In this document: positions 29,917 to 39,500 of the stretch, in pieces | How the letters are laid out: every line of letters begins with the position of its first letter | Position numbering within the stretch: position 1 is the first letter of the stretch | Origin: an uncultured Planctomycetales bacterium | GTDB taxonomy: Bacteria; Planctomycetota; Phycisphaerae; UBA1845; PWPN01 | Length of the DNA: 64,000 nucleotides | Reading direction: 5' to 3' | Assembly (NCBI GenBank): GCA_964618455.1 | Contig: CAZUAQ010000031.1 | Location: 2,672 to 66,671 of the forward strand | Notes under the pieces: generated by a model | What the model was told of the DNA's origin: nothing | What the model saw: the letters and a program-made list of their open reading frames with translations, nothing else | Database searches by the model: none | Position numbers and translations under genes: made by a program

Positions 29917-31347
29917 ATGATGCGTCGGTTCCGATTCCTCTTGCTCCCGATATGCCTGATCGCCTCGCCGGTCCGTGCGGCAGATGAACGATCGGCGAGA
30001 CCGAATATCGTTCTCTGCATGGCGGACGACCAGGGCTGGGGGGATGTGGGCTGCTACGACCACCCCGTGTTAAAGACGCCGAATCTCGATGCGATGGCAT
30101 CGGCCGGTCTGCGGTTTGATCGGTTCTACGCCGCCGCCCCGGTCTGCTCACCGACACGTGGAAGCGTGCTGACCGGACGGACGCCCAACCGATTCGGATG
30201 CTTCAAGTGGGGGCACACGCTGCGCCCGCAGGAGGTCACGCTGGCGGAGATCCTTCGTTCGGCGGGGTATGCGACGGGGCATTTCGGCAAATGGCATCTG
30301 GGGTCGGTCCAGAAGGGCAGTCCAGTCAACCCGGGGGCCAGCGGTTTTCAGACATGGCTGTCGGCGCCGAATTTCTTCGAGAACGATCCGATCCTGAGTC
30401 GGCAGGGAGTGGCGGAGCAGATGCAAGGGGAGAGTTCCGCAGTCACGATGCGCGCAGCGCTGGAATTCATTCGCGATCAGGCAAGGCGCGAGCGCCCGTT
30501 CCTGGCGGTCGTGTGGTTCGGTTCGCCGCATCGACCTCATCAGGCGGCGAAGGAAGACCTCGCGCATTACCCGGATGAGGATGAGGGCTTCCGCCATTTC
30601 TACGGCGAGATCACGGGAATTGATCGGGCGATGGGAACGCTGCGTGAGGATCTTCGGAGGCTTGATCTTCATGACGAGACGATCGTCTGGTATTGCAGCG
30701 ACAATGGCGGGCTGTCCAGGTTCGGACGTACGGGAGGGCGGGGCCACAAGAGCCAGATCTACGAGGGGGGGCTACGCGTCCCCGCCATCATCGAGTGGCC
30801 CGGGCGAATCTCTCCACGGATCACCGACATCCCCGCCACGACCAGTGATATCCTGCCGACGCTGGTGGATCTGGTCGGGGCCAAGCCGCCGGATGTTCCG
30901 CTGGATGGGATCAGCCTCGTTCCTGCGATCGCAGAGACGGTCAAGATGCGGTCCCGGCCGATCGGGTTCTGGGATCATCCCACGAACGGCATTCGAACAC
31001 CTTCGGCGGAATGGATGACAGAGTTGCTGGAAGCCCAGCGCCAGGGGCGCGAGATCACGGACCGGGATCGACTTCGCCTTCATGCCGGCAAGATCAAGGG
31101 TGGCTATCCGCTGGATCGATTTCCCGGACACAGTGCCTGGCTGGACTGGCCCTGGAAGCTTCATCGCATCGAGCAGGCGAACCGCTCCGCACGCCTGGAA
31201 TTGTACAACCTCGAGGACGACCCCATGGAGAAGCAGGATCTCGCGGATGCCGAAACGGATCGCGTGGCAACGATGCGCCGCGAACTGGAAACGTGGCTGG
31301 TCTCCGTGGTGCAAAGCCTGAACGGCGAGGACTATCCCGCCCGCTGA
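29917..31347 (+). CDS. sulfatase (S1, Cys-type), secreted
   Basis: PNIV..MADDQG, CSPTRGSVLTG, GKWHLG, SDNG, YEGGLRVP; signal peptide. Confidence 0.93.
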   Translation: MMRRFRFLLLPICLIASPVRAADERSARPNIVLCMADDQGWGDVGCYDHPVLKTPNLDAMASAGLRFDRFYAAAPVCSPTRGSVLTGRTPNRFGCFKWGHTLRPQEVTLAEILRSAGYATGHFGKWHLGSVQKGSPVNPGASGFQTWLSAPNFFENDPILSRQGVAEQMQGESSAVTMRAALEFIRDQARRERPFLAVVWFGSPHRPHQAAKEDLAHYPDEDEGFRHFYGEITGIDRAMGTLREDLRRLDLHDETIVWYCSDNGGLSRFGRTGGRGHKSQIYEGGLRVPAIIEWPGRISPRITDIPATTSDILPTLVDLVGAKPPDVPLDGISLVPAIAETVKMRSRPIGFWDHPTNGIRTPSAEWMTELLEAQRQGREITDRDRLRLHAGKIKGGYPLDRFPGHSAWLDWPWKLHRIEQANRSARLELYNLEDDPMEKQDLADAETDRVATMRRELETWLVSVVQSLNGEDYPAR

Positions 31348-32102
31348 TTCGCGTTGATCGAGATGTTGGCGGAGGCATCGGGCAGGCGCGTGAGAAAGTC
31401 GTCGATCCATGTCGAAGGCAGATCCCGCACGAGTTGGCGGAGGTGGTCCTGCCACCAGTTGGACATGACCGCCAGCGACTCCTTGTTATAGCGTTCTTCA
31501 ATGATCTGGAACGAATCCCGTGGATAAAGAATGGTATCGATGGGAAAGTCAACGTCGGCGGCGCTGATCCGAGTCGAGTCGAAGGCGAGGCAGCCGACCT
31601 TGAGGGCATGCTTCATGGTGTCGTCGTACTTCAGTGTGCGATCGAGCACGGGCTTGCCGTAGCCGCTGGCACCGATGATGTAGTACGGCGTTCCTTCTCC
31701 GATCTCCACCCAGTTGCCCTGAGGGTAAATCAGGTAGAGCTTGTGTTCCTTGTCGTGGCTGAGCTGGCCTCCCATGAGGCAGTGGATGTTGAAGTGCAGC
31801 CCCGCCTCCTCGATGACCTCCTTATCCTCCATCGCCACGCGTCGCAATTCCGCCGCGAACAGGTTGGCGACTTTGAACATGCGGTCGCAGGAGGCCTCCT
31901 CGCCGTCAAGGGCATCGGCGAAGTAGGTCAGTGTCTTGTCCCGAACCGCACGGAGCCCGGACGTCATCAGGAAGAATGAGCCGCACTCCGTCTGATGGGT
32001 GGATACCTTCTTGGCGGTGATGCACTCGCTCCCTGTGGTCACGCGGGTGTCGGCGATGCCGACGAGGCCGTCTTTCACCTTCATACCGAGACAGAACGTC
32101 AT
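31332..32102 (-). CDS. proteasome-type Ntn protease (Anbu family)
   Basis: N-terminal M-T nucleophile (MTFCLG), ADTR, LYLIYPQGNW, YGKPVLDR; lies after ATP-grasp and alpha-E genes. Confidence 0.85.
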   Translation of the reverse strand: MTFCLGMKVKDGLVGIADTRVTTGSECITAKKVSTHQTECGSFFLMTSGLRAVRDKTLTYFADALDGEEASCDRMFKVANLFAAELRRVAMEDKEVIEEAGLHFNIHCLMGGQLSHDKEHKLYLIYPQGNWVEIGEGTPYYIIGASGYGKPVLDRTLKYDDTMKHALKVGCLAFDSTRISAADVDFPIDTILYPRDSFQIIEERYNKESLAVMSNWWQDHLRQLVRDLPSTWIDDFLTRLPDASANISINANQRAG

Positions 32103-32117
32103 GGGGTCCCCCTCTGC

Positions 32118-33122
32118 TTAAGCGTTGTCGAAGATGGCGGCTGTCTGCGTTTGCGACTGCGTCTGTGTTTCCGACTCGTCGTGCCGGGCGAAGAACGTCC
32201 TGTAGGCGGCGTGACCGATTTCGTTCAGGCGCGTCTCGAGGCGATCGATGAATTCATGCAGGCCGGAGGCGATCACGTTCGCGGCCTGGGTGTAGGCCAG
32301 CTCGGCGCGAAGGCGCCCGAGCAACCGTTCGGCATCGTTGCTGAACGATCCGGTCGGCGTACCGGAGATGGCGTGAAGCGACTCGTTGGCGCGCGTCAGG
32401 CAGTGCAGCACCGCCCGGGGAAAGAGTTTATCGAGCACGAGGAAATCAACGATGTTTGCCGGGGACATGAGCCCGTGCTTCTGGCGGTACATCTCGAAGG
32501 CGCTGGCGGACTGAAGCAGAGCAGCCCATTGGACCTCGTCGAGCGGCGTACCCACGTCGGAGGGACTGGGCAGGAGCATGAAGTACTTGACGTCCAGAAT
32601 GCGGGCGGTCTTGTCGGCGCGCTCCATGTATCGACCGACGCGGCCGAAATGCCAGCCTTCGCCGTGCGTCATGGTGGCGTCGGTGATGCCCATGAACTGC
32701 TGGCCGAGCATGCGGACCTGCTCGAAGAAGGTGTGGGAGTCCGCCAGGATGTCCTCGAGCTGGCGGGCGTTGCGGAGAAGCAGGTAGTAGCGGTTGATGT
32801 GTTCCCACATTTCCGAGGAGATCGAGGCGCGGATCGAGCGGGCATTCTCCCGCGCGCTGCGGAGGCAGGACATGATCGAGTTCGGGTTCTCTTCATCCAG
32901 CGTGAGAAAGCGGACGACGTTGTCCATGGTGGCTACGTCGTAACGCTCTTCGAAGGAGGAGTTATCGCCGGTGGTATACACCAGCGGTGCCCATTGCTGA
33001 CGCATGTCGTAAGCGGAATCGAGGTAGAGGACGTGGTTGACATCGATGAATCGCGCGACGTTCTCGGCGCGTTCGATGTAACGGCTCATCCAGTAGATGG
33101 AATCGGCGACACGGCTCAGCAT
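32118..33122 (-). CDS. alpha-E domain protein
   Basis: MLSRVADSIYWMSRYIERAENVAR, ARENARSIR, GRYMERADKTAR (duplicated ER motifs). Confidence 0.92.
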   Translation of the reverse strand: MLSRVADSIYWMSRYIERAENVARFIDVNHVLYLDSAYDMRQQWAPLVYTTGDNSSFEERYDVATMDNVVRFLTLDEENPNSIMSCLRSARENARSIRASISSEMWEHINRYYLLLRNARQLEDILADSHTFFEQVRMLGQQFMGITDATMTHGEGWHFGRVGRYMERADKTARILDVKYFMLLPSPSDVGTPLDEVQWAALLQSASAFEMYRQKHGLMSPANIVDFLVLDKLFPRAVLHCLTRANESLHAISGTPTGSFSNDAERLLGRLRAELAYTQAANVIASGLHEFIDRLETRLNEIGHAAYRTFFARHDESETQTQSQTQTAAIFDNA

Positions 33123-33166
33123 GGTGGCAATCGTCTCATTCGATATCGGGCCGGGTCCTGGTTGCC

Positions 33167-34690
33167 TCAGTGCTCATTCGCCAGGACCCAGGTGTCCTTG
33201 CTTCCTCCGCCCTGGGAGGAATTGACGACGAGTGAGTTCTTTCTCAGCGCCACGCGCGTCAATCCACCGGGGACCACGAAGATGTCTTCCCCGTAAACGA
33301 TGAACGGGCGCAAATCCACGTGGCGCCCCTCGAGGTGATGGTCCACCACCACCGGCACGCGCGAGAGGCTCAGCGTCGGCTGCGCGATATAGTTGCGCGG
33401 ATTCTTCTGGATGCGGTTGGCGAATTCCCGATGCTCCGACGGCTCCGCGTGCGGCCCGATCAACATGCCGTAACCGCCTGACTCGGCGGCGGGTTTGACC
33501 ACGAGCTTATCGAGATTGTCGAGCACGTGAGAGCGCTGCTTCTCGTCCCAGCAGAGGTAGGTCGGCACGTTCGGAATGATAGGGTCCTCGCCCAGATAGT
33601 ACTTGATGATCTGCGGCACGTACGCGTAGACGACCTTGTCGTCGGCCACGCCGGTGCCCGGGGCATTGGCCAGGGCCACATGGCCGGCGCGGTAGGCGTC
33701 CATGAGCCCAGGCACGCCGAGCATCGAATCCTCGCGGAAGACCTCCGGGTCGAGGAAGGTATCGTCGATCCGTCGGTAAATGACGTCCACACGCTCGAGT
33801 CCCTGCGTGGAGCGGACGTGCACGTACCCGTCCTTCACGACGAGGTCCTGCCCTTCGACGAGATCGATACCCATCTGCTGCGCCAGGTACGAATGTTCGA
33901 AGTAGGCGGAGTTGTACACACCGGGGGTCAGCAGAGCGATTCGCTGATTGGATCCGGGATAAGTCCCGATATGCTCCAACGCCGCCAGCAAACGGCTGCA
34001 GTAGTTCTCCACGGGACGGATGTTGGACGAGACAAAGAGCTGCGGAAATATCTGCTTCATCAGGCGGCGGTTCTGCAGCACGTAGCTGACGCCGGAGGGG
34101 CAGCGAAGGTTGTCTTCGAGCACGTAGATCTGCCCGTCGCTGTCCCGCACGAGGTCGGTGCCAGTGATGTGGCACCAGATACCGCGGGGTACCTTGAGAC
34201 CATCGCACGGCGCGAGATACCCTGAGGAACCGAGGACGATTTCTTTGGGAACGACGTTGTCCCTGAAGATCTTCTGATCGCCGTAGACGTCGGCGATGAA
34301 GAGATTCAATGCGTGGATACGCTGCTTGAGTCCGCGTTCAATCCAGTTCCATTCGTCGGCATTGATGATGCGCGGCAGAATATCAAAGGGGAAGATCCGC
34401 TCGACGGCACTCTCACCGTCATCGGAGTTCACGCGGAAGGTAATGCCCATCTGCATCAGGGCATGTTCGGCCGCCTGCTGGCGGTGAATCAGTTTTCCCT
34501 GGGCAAGGCTCAGAATTCGTTCATACAGCACCTTGCAGCCCTGGCGGGGATCGCCGCTCTCGCTGAACATCTCGTCATAGAAGTCGTCAACGGCGTACTT
34601 GCCGAAGAGTCCGTGAAGGCGATTGGATGTGCCGTTTCCACCGGACGCTTGCGAAGCGCTCGATGATAAGGGTTGCGCTGCCTGGGACAT
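33167..34690 (-). CDS. circularly permuted type 2 ATP-grasp protein
   Basis: FPFDILPR, LEDNLRCPSGVSY, SAYFEH, GTGVADDK, HVDLRPF, VVNSSQGGGSKDTW; ATG at 34690 preferred because of a GAGGA RBS and the promoter position. Confidence 0.93.
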   Translation of the reverse strand: MSQAAQPLSSSASQASGGNGTSNRLHGLFGKYAVDDFYDEMFSESGDPRQGCKVLYERILSLAQGKLIHRQQAAEHALMQMGITFRVNSDDGESAVERIFPFDILPRIINADEWNWIERGLKQRIHALNLFIADVYGDQKIFRDNVVPKEIVLGSSGYLAPCDGLKVPRGIWCHITGTDLVRDSDGQIYVLEDNLRCPSGVSYVLQNRRLMKQIFPQLFVSSNIRPVENYCSRLLAALEHIGTYPGSNQRIALLTPGVYNSAYFEHSYLAQQMGIDLVEGQDLVVKDGYVHVRSTQGLERVDVIYRRIDDTFLDPEVFREDSMLGVPGLMDAYRAGHVALANAPGTGVADDKVVYAYVPQIIKYYLGEDPIIPNVPTYLCWDEKQRSHVLDNLDKLVVKPAAESGGYGMLIGPHAEPSEHREFANRIQKNPRNYIAQPTLSLSRVPVVVDHHLEGRHVDLRPFIVYGEDIFVVPGGLTRVALRKNSLVVNSSQGGGSKDTWVLANEH

Positions 34691-34734
34691 TGGGTTTTCC
34701 TCGCTGAGCCCGCTCTGTTGACGCTTAAGGAGCA

Positions 34735-34750
34735 TGCAATCCACGTTCCA
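34735..34750 (-). promoter_or_regulatory. putative sigma54 (-24/-12) promoter of the ATP-grasp/alpha-E/Anbu operon
   Basis: Minus strand TGGAACGTGGATTGCA, with GG-N10-GC spacing and TTGCA, about 45 bp upstream of the ATG. Confidence 0.7.
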
Positions 34751-34915
34751 TCCTGTCTTATTCCGGGATTCAGTCGTAACTTTAGTCAAGGAGGCAGCTT
34801 ACGGATCAGTGTCAGCGGTGGCTTGTAGCTCCGGTGCGCTGACCGCATGCATGAGGGTGGGGGTTGCGCGAAGTGTGTGCAGTGCTCCACGCCGGTTCCT
34901 GGACAGGTGCCGAAC

Positions 34916-36493
34916 TCAATCGAGTCCGAGTTCCATCCAGCGCCGGGAGACCTGTTCCTTTATCGCTTCGCTCATCTCCAGTTCCATGGGCCATCGTCGG
35001 ATGGTGCCTTCGCCGGGGATCTTTCGTGTGGCGTCAATGCCCAGCTTGCTGCCGGCGCCTTCGAAGGGGGAGGCGTGGTCGAGGATGTCGAGGGGGCCTT
35101 CGGCGATGAACGTATCCCGGCGTGGATCGACGTTGGCGCAGAGGTGGAAGAGGACCTCCTGCTCGTTGTGCACGTCGACATGCTCATCCACGACGACGAT
35201 GATCTTGCTGAAGGCCATCTGGCCCGCTCCCCAGATCGCGTGGACGACGCGGCGGGCCTGGTAGGGGTATTCCTTACGGATCTTCACGAAGACGCAGTTG
35301 TGAAAAGCGCCGAACATGGGGAGGTTGTAGTCGATGATGTCCGGTACGAGCATCTGCAGCAACGGGAGGAAGATTCGTTCCGTGGCTTTGCCGAGGGCGT
35401 AATCCTCCATGGGCGGCTTGCCGACGATGGTGGTGGGGTAGATGGGGTCGCGTCGATGGGTGATGGCAGAGACGCGGAAGACCGGGAACGGCGCGGAGAG
35501 CGAATAGAACCCCGTGTGATCGCCGAAGGGTCCTTCGATGAAGCGATCGGTGGGATGGGCGTGTCCCTCGATGACGATCTCGGCATTGGCGGGAACTTCG
35601 AGCGGAATCGTTTTGGCGGGCACGAGCTCGATGCCTGCGCCGTTCAGGAAGCCGGCAAAAAGCAACTCACTGACGGTGGGGGGCAGTGGACAGGTGGCGG
35701 CATAGGGAAGCACGGACTCCCCGCCCAGCACGATAGCCATCGGCATGGGCTCGCCGCGCCGGGTCCACTTGCGGAAAATTCTTGCTCCGTCGTGATGGAT
35801 GTGCCAGTGCGCGGCGCAGAGCTTCGGGCCGAACACCTGGATACGATACATGCCCACGTTCGTCACGTTCGATTCGGGATCGCGCGTGTAGATGCCCGCC
35901 AGCGTGATGTAGCGCCCCGTACGCCCGTCGGCGCCTTCGGCTTCTTCGATGGGAGCGGTGGGATTCAACTCGGGCGGTTCGGAGCCGAGGTCACCGTCAT
36001 GAGGCCAGCACTGAATGATGGGCAGCGAAGTCAGGTCGGCATCGTCGGTATGGACCACCTCCTGGCAGATCCCGCGTTTGACGACCTTCGGCCCGAAGCC
36101 CGCCAGTTTGATGAGGTCGGGCAGCTTCTTCATCTTGGCCATGAGCGTGGTGGGCATCTCCGGCTTGATGAGTTGCTGCACGCGTTGCGCCAGGGCTTCA
36201 AGATCGTCGCAACCCAGTGCCATGCGCACGCGCGCATAACTGCCGAAGGCGTTGATGAGCACGGGGAGATTCGACCCGATCACGTTCTCGAAGAGCAGGG
36301 CACGTCCCCCCTTGCCGCCATGGACGGGATCGGTCTCGGGTGCCCCCGCCGAACCTTCCGGGCTGGGTGACTTCATCACGCGGTCGGCGATCTCTGCCAG
36401 TTCGAGAACCGGATCCACCTTCGCCTGGATGCGTCGCAATTGATCCTTGGCTTCGAGGTCTTCCACGAATGCTCGTAAATCCGAATAGGCCAT
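34916..36493 (-). CDS. UbiD-family decarboxylase (menaquinone/futalosine-pathway type)
   Basis: ALLFENV, NVGMYR, EGPFGDHTGFY, GKPPMED, LDHAS, GSKLGIDAT. Confidence 0.88.
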   Translation of the reverse strand: MAYSDLRAFVEDLEAKDQLRRIQAKVDPVLELAEIADRVMKSPSPEGSAGAPETDPVHGGKGGRALLFENVIGSNLPVLINAFGSYARVRMALGCDDLEALAQRVQQLIKPEMPTTLMAKMKKLPDLIKLAGFGPKVVKRGICQEVVHTDDADLTSLPIIQCWPHDGDLGSEPPELNPTAPIEEAEGADGRTGRYITLAGIYTRDPESNVTNVGMYRIQVFGPKLCAAHWHIHHDGARIFRKWTRRGEPMPMAIVLGGESVLPYAATCPLPPTVSELLFAGFLNGAGIELVPAKTIPLEVPANAEIVIEGHAHPTDRFIEGPFGDHTGFYSLSAPFPVFRVSAITHRRDPIYPTTIVGKPPMEDYALGKATERIFLPLLQMLVPDIIDYNLPMFGAFHNCVFVKIRKEYPYQARRVVHAIWGAGQMAFSKIIVVVDEHVDVHNEQEVLFHLCANVDPRRDTFIAEGPLDILDHASPFEGAGSKLGIDATRKIPGEGTIRRWPMELEMSEAIKEQVSRRWMELGLD

Positions 36494-36566
36494 GGGCGCG
36501 TTGACTCCGTACCTGCGTGTAAATTCACTTCCGAGTCAGGATAATAAGGCCGCGATCGGCGTGAGG

Positions 36567-39500
36567 CTATTCCGCCTCCTTCGCCTTGCGGACGACGGCA
36601 TGATAGGCGGTCACGACCGGGTTGTTCTTGATGAAGATGGTATCGAGGATCTTGGCCGAGGTCTCGTAGGTGATGCGTTCGTTCGCCAGTGTACCGTCCG
36701 GCTGGGCAACCCCGGACTTCACGAAGAGCGGGATGCGGCCCTGTCCTGTTTCCATCCAGTACTTGCTGTCAAAATCTGCGAGAAGATCGATACCGACCTG
36801 GTACTTCATGCGCTGATCGGGATCGGAGTAGCCGTCCATGTAGATGTTGTAGAACTTGCCCTGAAGAATCATTCGATGGCGGATGCGCCCGCTGGAGAGC
36901 TTCTCGAACCAGGAGTGCAGGTAGTCGAAGTCGTAATGCGTCAGGTTCAGCTTGGGGAAGATGCGCGTCAGCCATTTCGGCGCGGATCGCCCGGAAAGCA
37001 CACCGCCCTCGATAATGAGTTCGCCCTCGCCGACCTGGGGATTGGCCTCCTCGGCACGGGGAAAGAGCTTCTGATATGTCTCGTCGATAATCGTCAGGGG
37101 CCCCTCCGCGGTCATCCCCGGAAAGGACTGTCGCAGGTAGGCGTTGACCAGCGGGCCGGGTTCGAGGCGCTTGGCTTCGTAGGTGAGGTGGTACTGCGGA
37201 TCGTCCACGTTGAAATCGGTCACCATCTCGCCGCGTACGTCTCCGCCGTCGGCCAGGGCGCTGAAGGTGAAATTGAATTCACCGCCGGTCAGATCGGCAG
37301 CGGCGCTGACCGCGTCCACCTCCGCATGAACATTGGGCGGAAGGATCACCGCCAGCGCATCCATATGCGCATTCAATCGAAGGTCGTGCTCCCGGACATA
37401 AGCGAGAAAAGCCGGAACCCACGGAGGCCGCCCGTCCACCAGCGAAGAATTCTCGCCGGCGGGCAGGGTCGATGGTCGTTCTGGTAACGCGCTGCGGACC
37501 TTGCCCCAATCTTCCTTGAGCGTCGGAACGTCTAGTCGACGGCAGGCCAGTCCGACGTAACCGGGTTTTCCTTTGGGATGTCGCGCGAGATCGGCGGAGA
37601 GATTGCCGAGGCTCGAGCCGAATTGCCATGCGAGCTGGTCTGCTTGAATGCGTTGATCATCCCATTCGAGGGCGCCGTCCAGCGCGAATTCGACATCGGC
37701 TTTCGTGAGGGACACGTCGTTCATCGTGATCATGCCGGAGTCCGCACTCCATCGGCCTTGGCGGCAGCTCCAGAGGGATTGGGCGATCAGTTCTCCGCTG
37801 GCGGTATCGGCGAGCTGTGAACGTGGCGCCAGGACGGTATTCAGATCCTCCACTGAGAGCCCGATGTCGATCTCGCCGTCCTCGATCAGGATGTCGCTCC
37901 CGTGGGATGCGATTGTCCACTGGCCCGAGGCGAGGAAATCCGCGCCGTGCATGGACAGCCGGGCGTCGTCCAGAGTGTACGACACTCGGCCTGACGTGTC
38001 GCGCGTCAGTTCCAGGGTCCCGATGGCATCCAGAGGTTGTCCAAATGATTTGGCCTCGCGCCGATGCCAAACGAGATTCAGCGGTGTGTCCCAACTCAGC
38101 CGGGAGGCATCGGCGTCCCACGTCAGCGTCAGTCGCTGAGGGTCGAAGGTCAGGCCACACGAAGTGGAGAGGTGCCCCTGGGCCTGCCAGCGATCAAGTT
38201 CCTGTTTCAGTTCGGGATGCTGATCGGTCAGAGCGGACATACGTCCGATGCGTGCATTCACGTCGATCTGCCCGGAGGGGGTTTTCACGGCAAACCATTG
38301 CTGTGCGATGCCTGCCGGCGTCCGTTCCATTTCCCGCACGTTTGATCGATTTTCGTCTGCAAGGCTCAACGTCAGATCGCCCGCAATCGAATCGAGTTGC
38401 GTATCGTCCAGCGTGAACGTGCCGTCATGAATCTCCAGGGTGTACACGCTTGGCTGCATCTGTCGCGTCGTCCAGGAGGTCGTCAGTCGGCTCGATACGT
38501 CCATCGGTTTGAGCAAGGGTGTCTCGCCGGGAATGAGGAACTGAGCCGCATCCGCATTGCATGCGAGGCGTCCGAATTGTTCATCAGGGGTCGACATCCA
38601 ATCCAGGTGCACCTCCGCGTCTCCTTTGACACGGTACTCCTTCAGCAGTGGTGCGAGAATGGGAAGCTCTTCGCCAAGTCGCGTGATCTCATCGAACTCG
38701 GCATCGATGATGACGGTTCGCAGCGGGGCAATACTGCCGGCCGGAGCGGAGGATTCCGTCATGGCGGCGTCGATCGTGGCTGCGGGATGATTCAGGTGGA
38801 CTCGCACGGACTGCTCGGTGCCCCGGAGGATCCGGCGGTGCTCATGCTCAGCCATGATGCGGAGAGGGCGGCCCCGGGATCGACTCACTACTTCCGGCAT
38901 GCTCAGCGTCAGGTCGTCGGCCACGAGTTCAAGGCGGTGACGAAGATAAGTTTCGTCCGGCGACGTCGATGCCGTCCCGGAGAATGTCGCATTGACATTG
39001 CCGGACAGCTCGAGGTCGGCACGGTTCAGCCATCGCGCCAGCAGTGGGCTGCGTTGAATAGCCTTCTCGATGCTTGCGATAGTCAGCGGCAATGTCCACT
39101 CCACGTCGCCTTCGAATCCGCCTTGTCGCGTCGGGGCGTTCGTCGTGGGTGCGAGTCGGAATTTCACGGGGATGCGGCCGGGCGTGGTCGCGAGTCGGAA
39201 GTCTCCCTGGCTGAATTCCAGCAGCGGCAGTTCGATCCGATCGAAAGGGGCTCGGGGCAGGACGGTCTCCAGGCGGGCGAGAAGGACTTCACCTTCCGGT
39301 TTCAACCAGTACTCACCCGCGTGGAGAGAAGTCTGGGTGTCGGCATGAAGCTCCACGGCCAATGTGACATCTTGCGGAATGCCCTCAGGATCGTTGCGAG
39401 GTTCGGCGCGCAAATCGAGGGCGAACCCGCCACTCCATTGATCGGCATCGACCCAGCGCTCGAAGAGGGGGATATCCGATATGACCCGTTCGATGGCGGA

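Noticed and set aside
32140-32178. ETQTQSQTQT low-complexity tail of the alpha-E protein
   Set aside because: A short Gln/Thr-rich tail in a coding sequence, not a separate repeat element.
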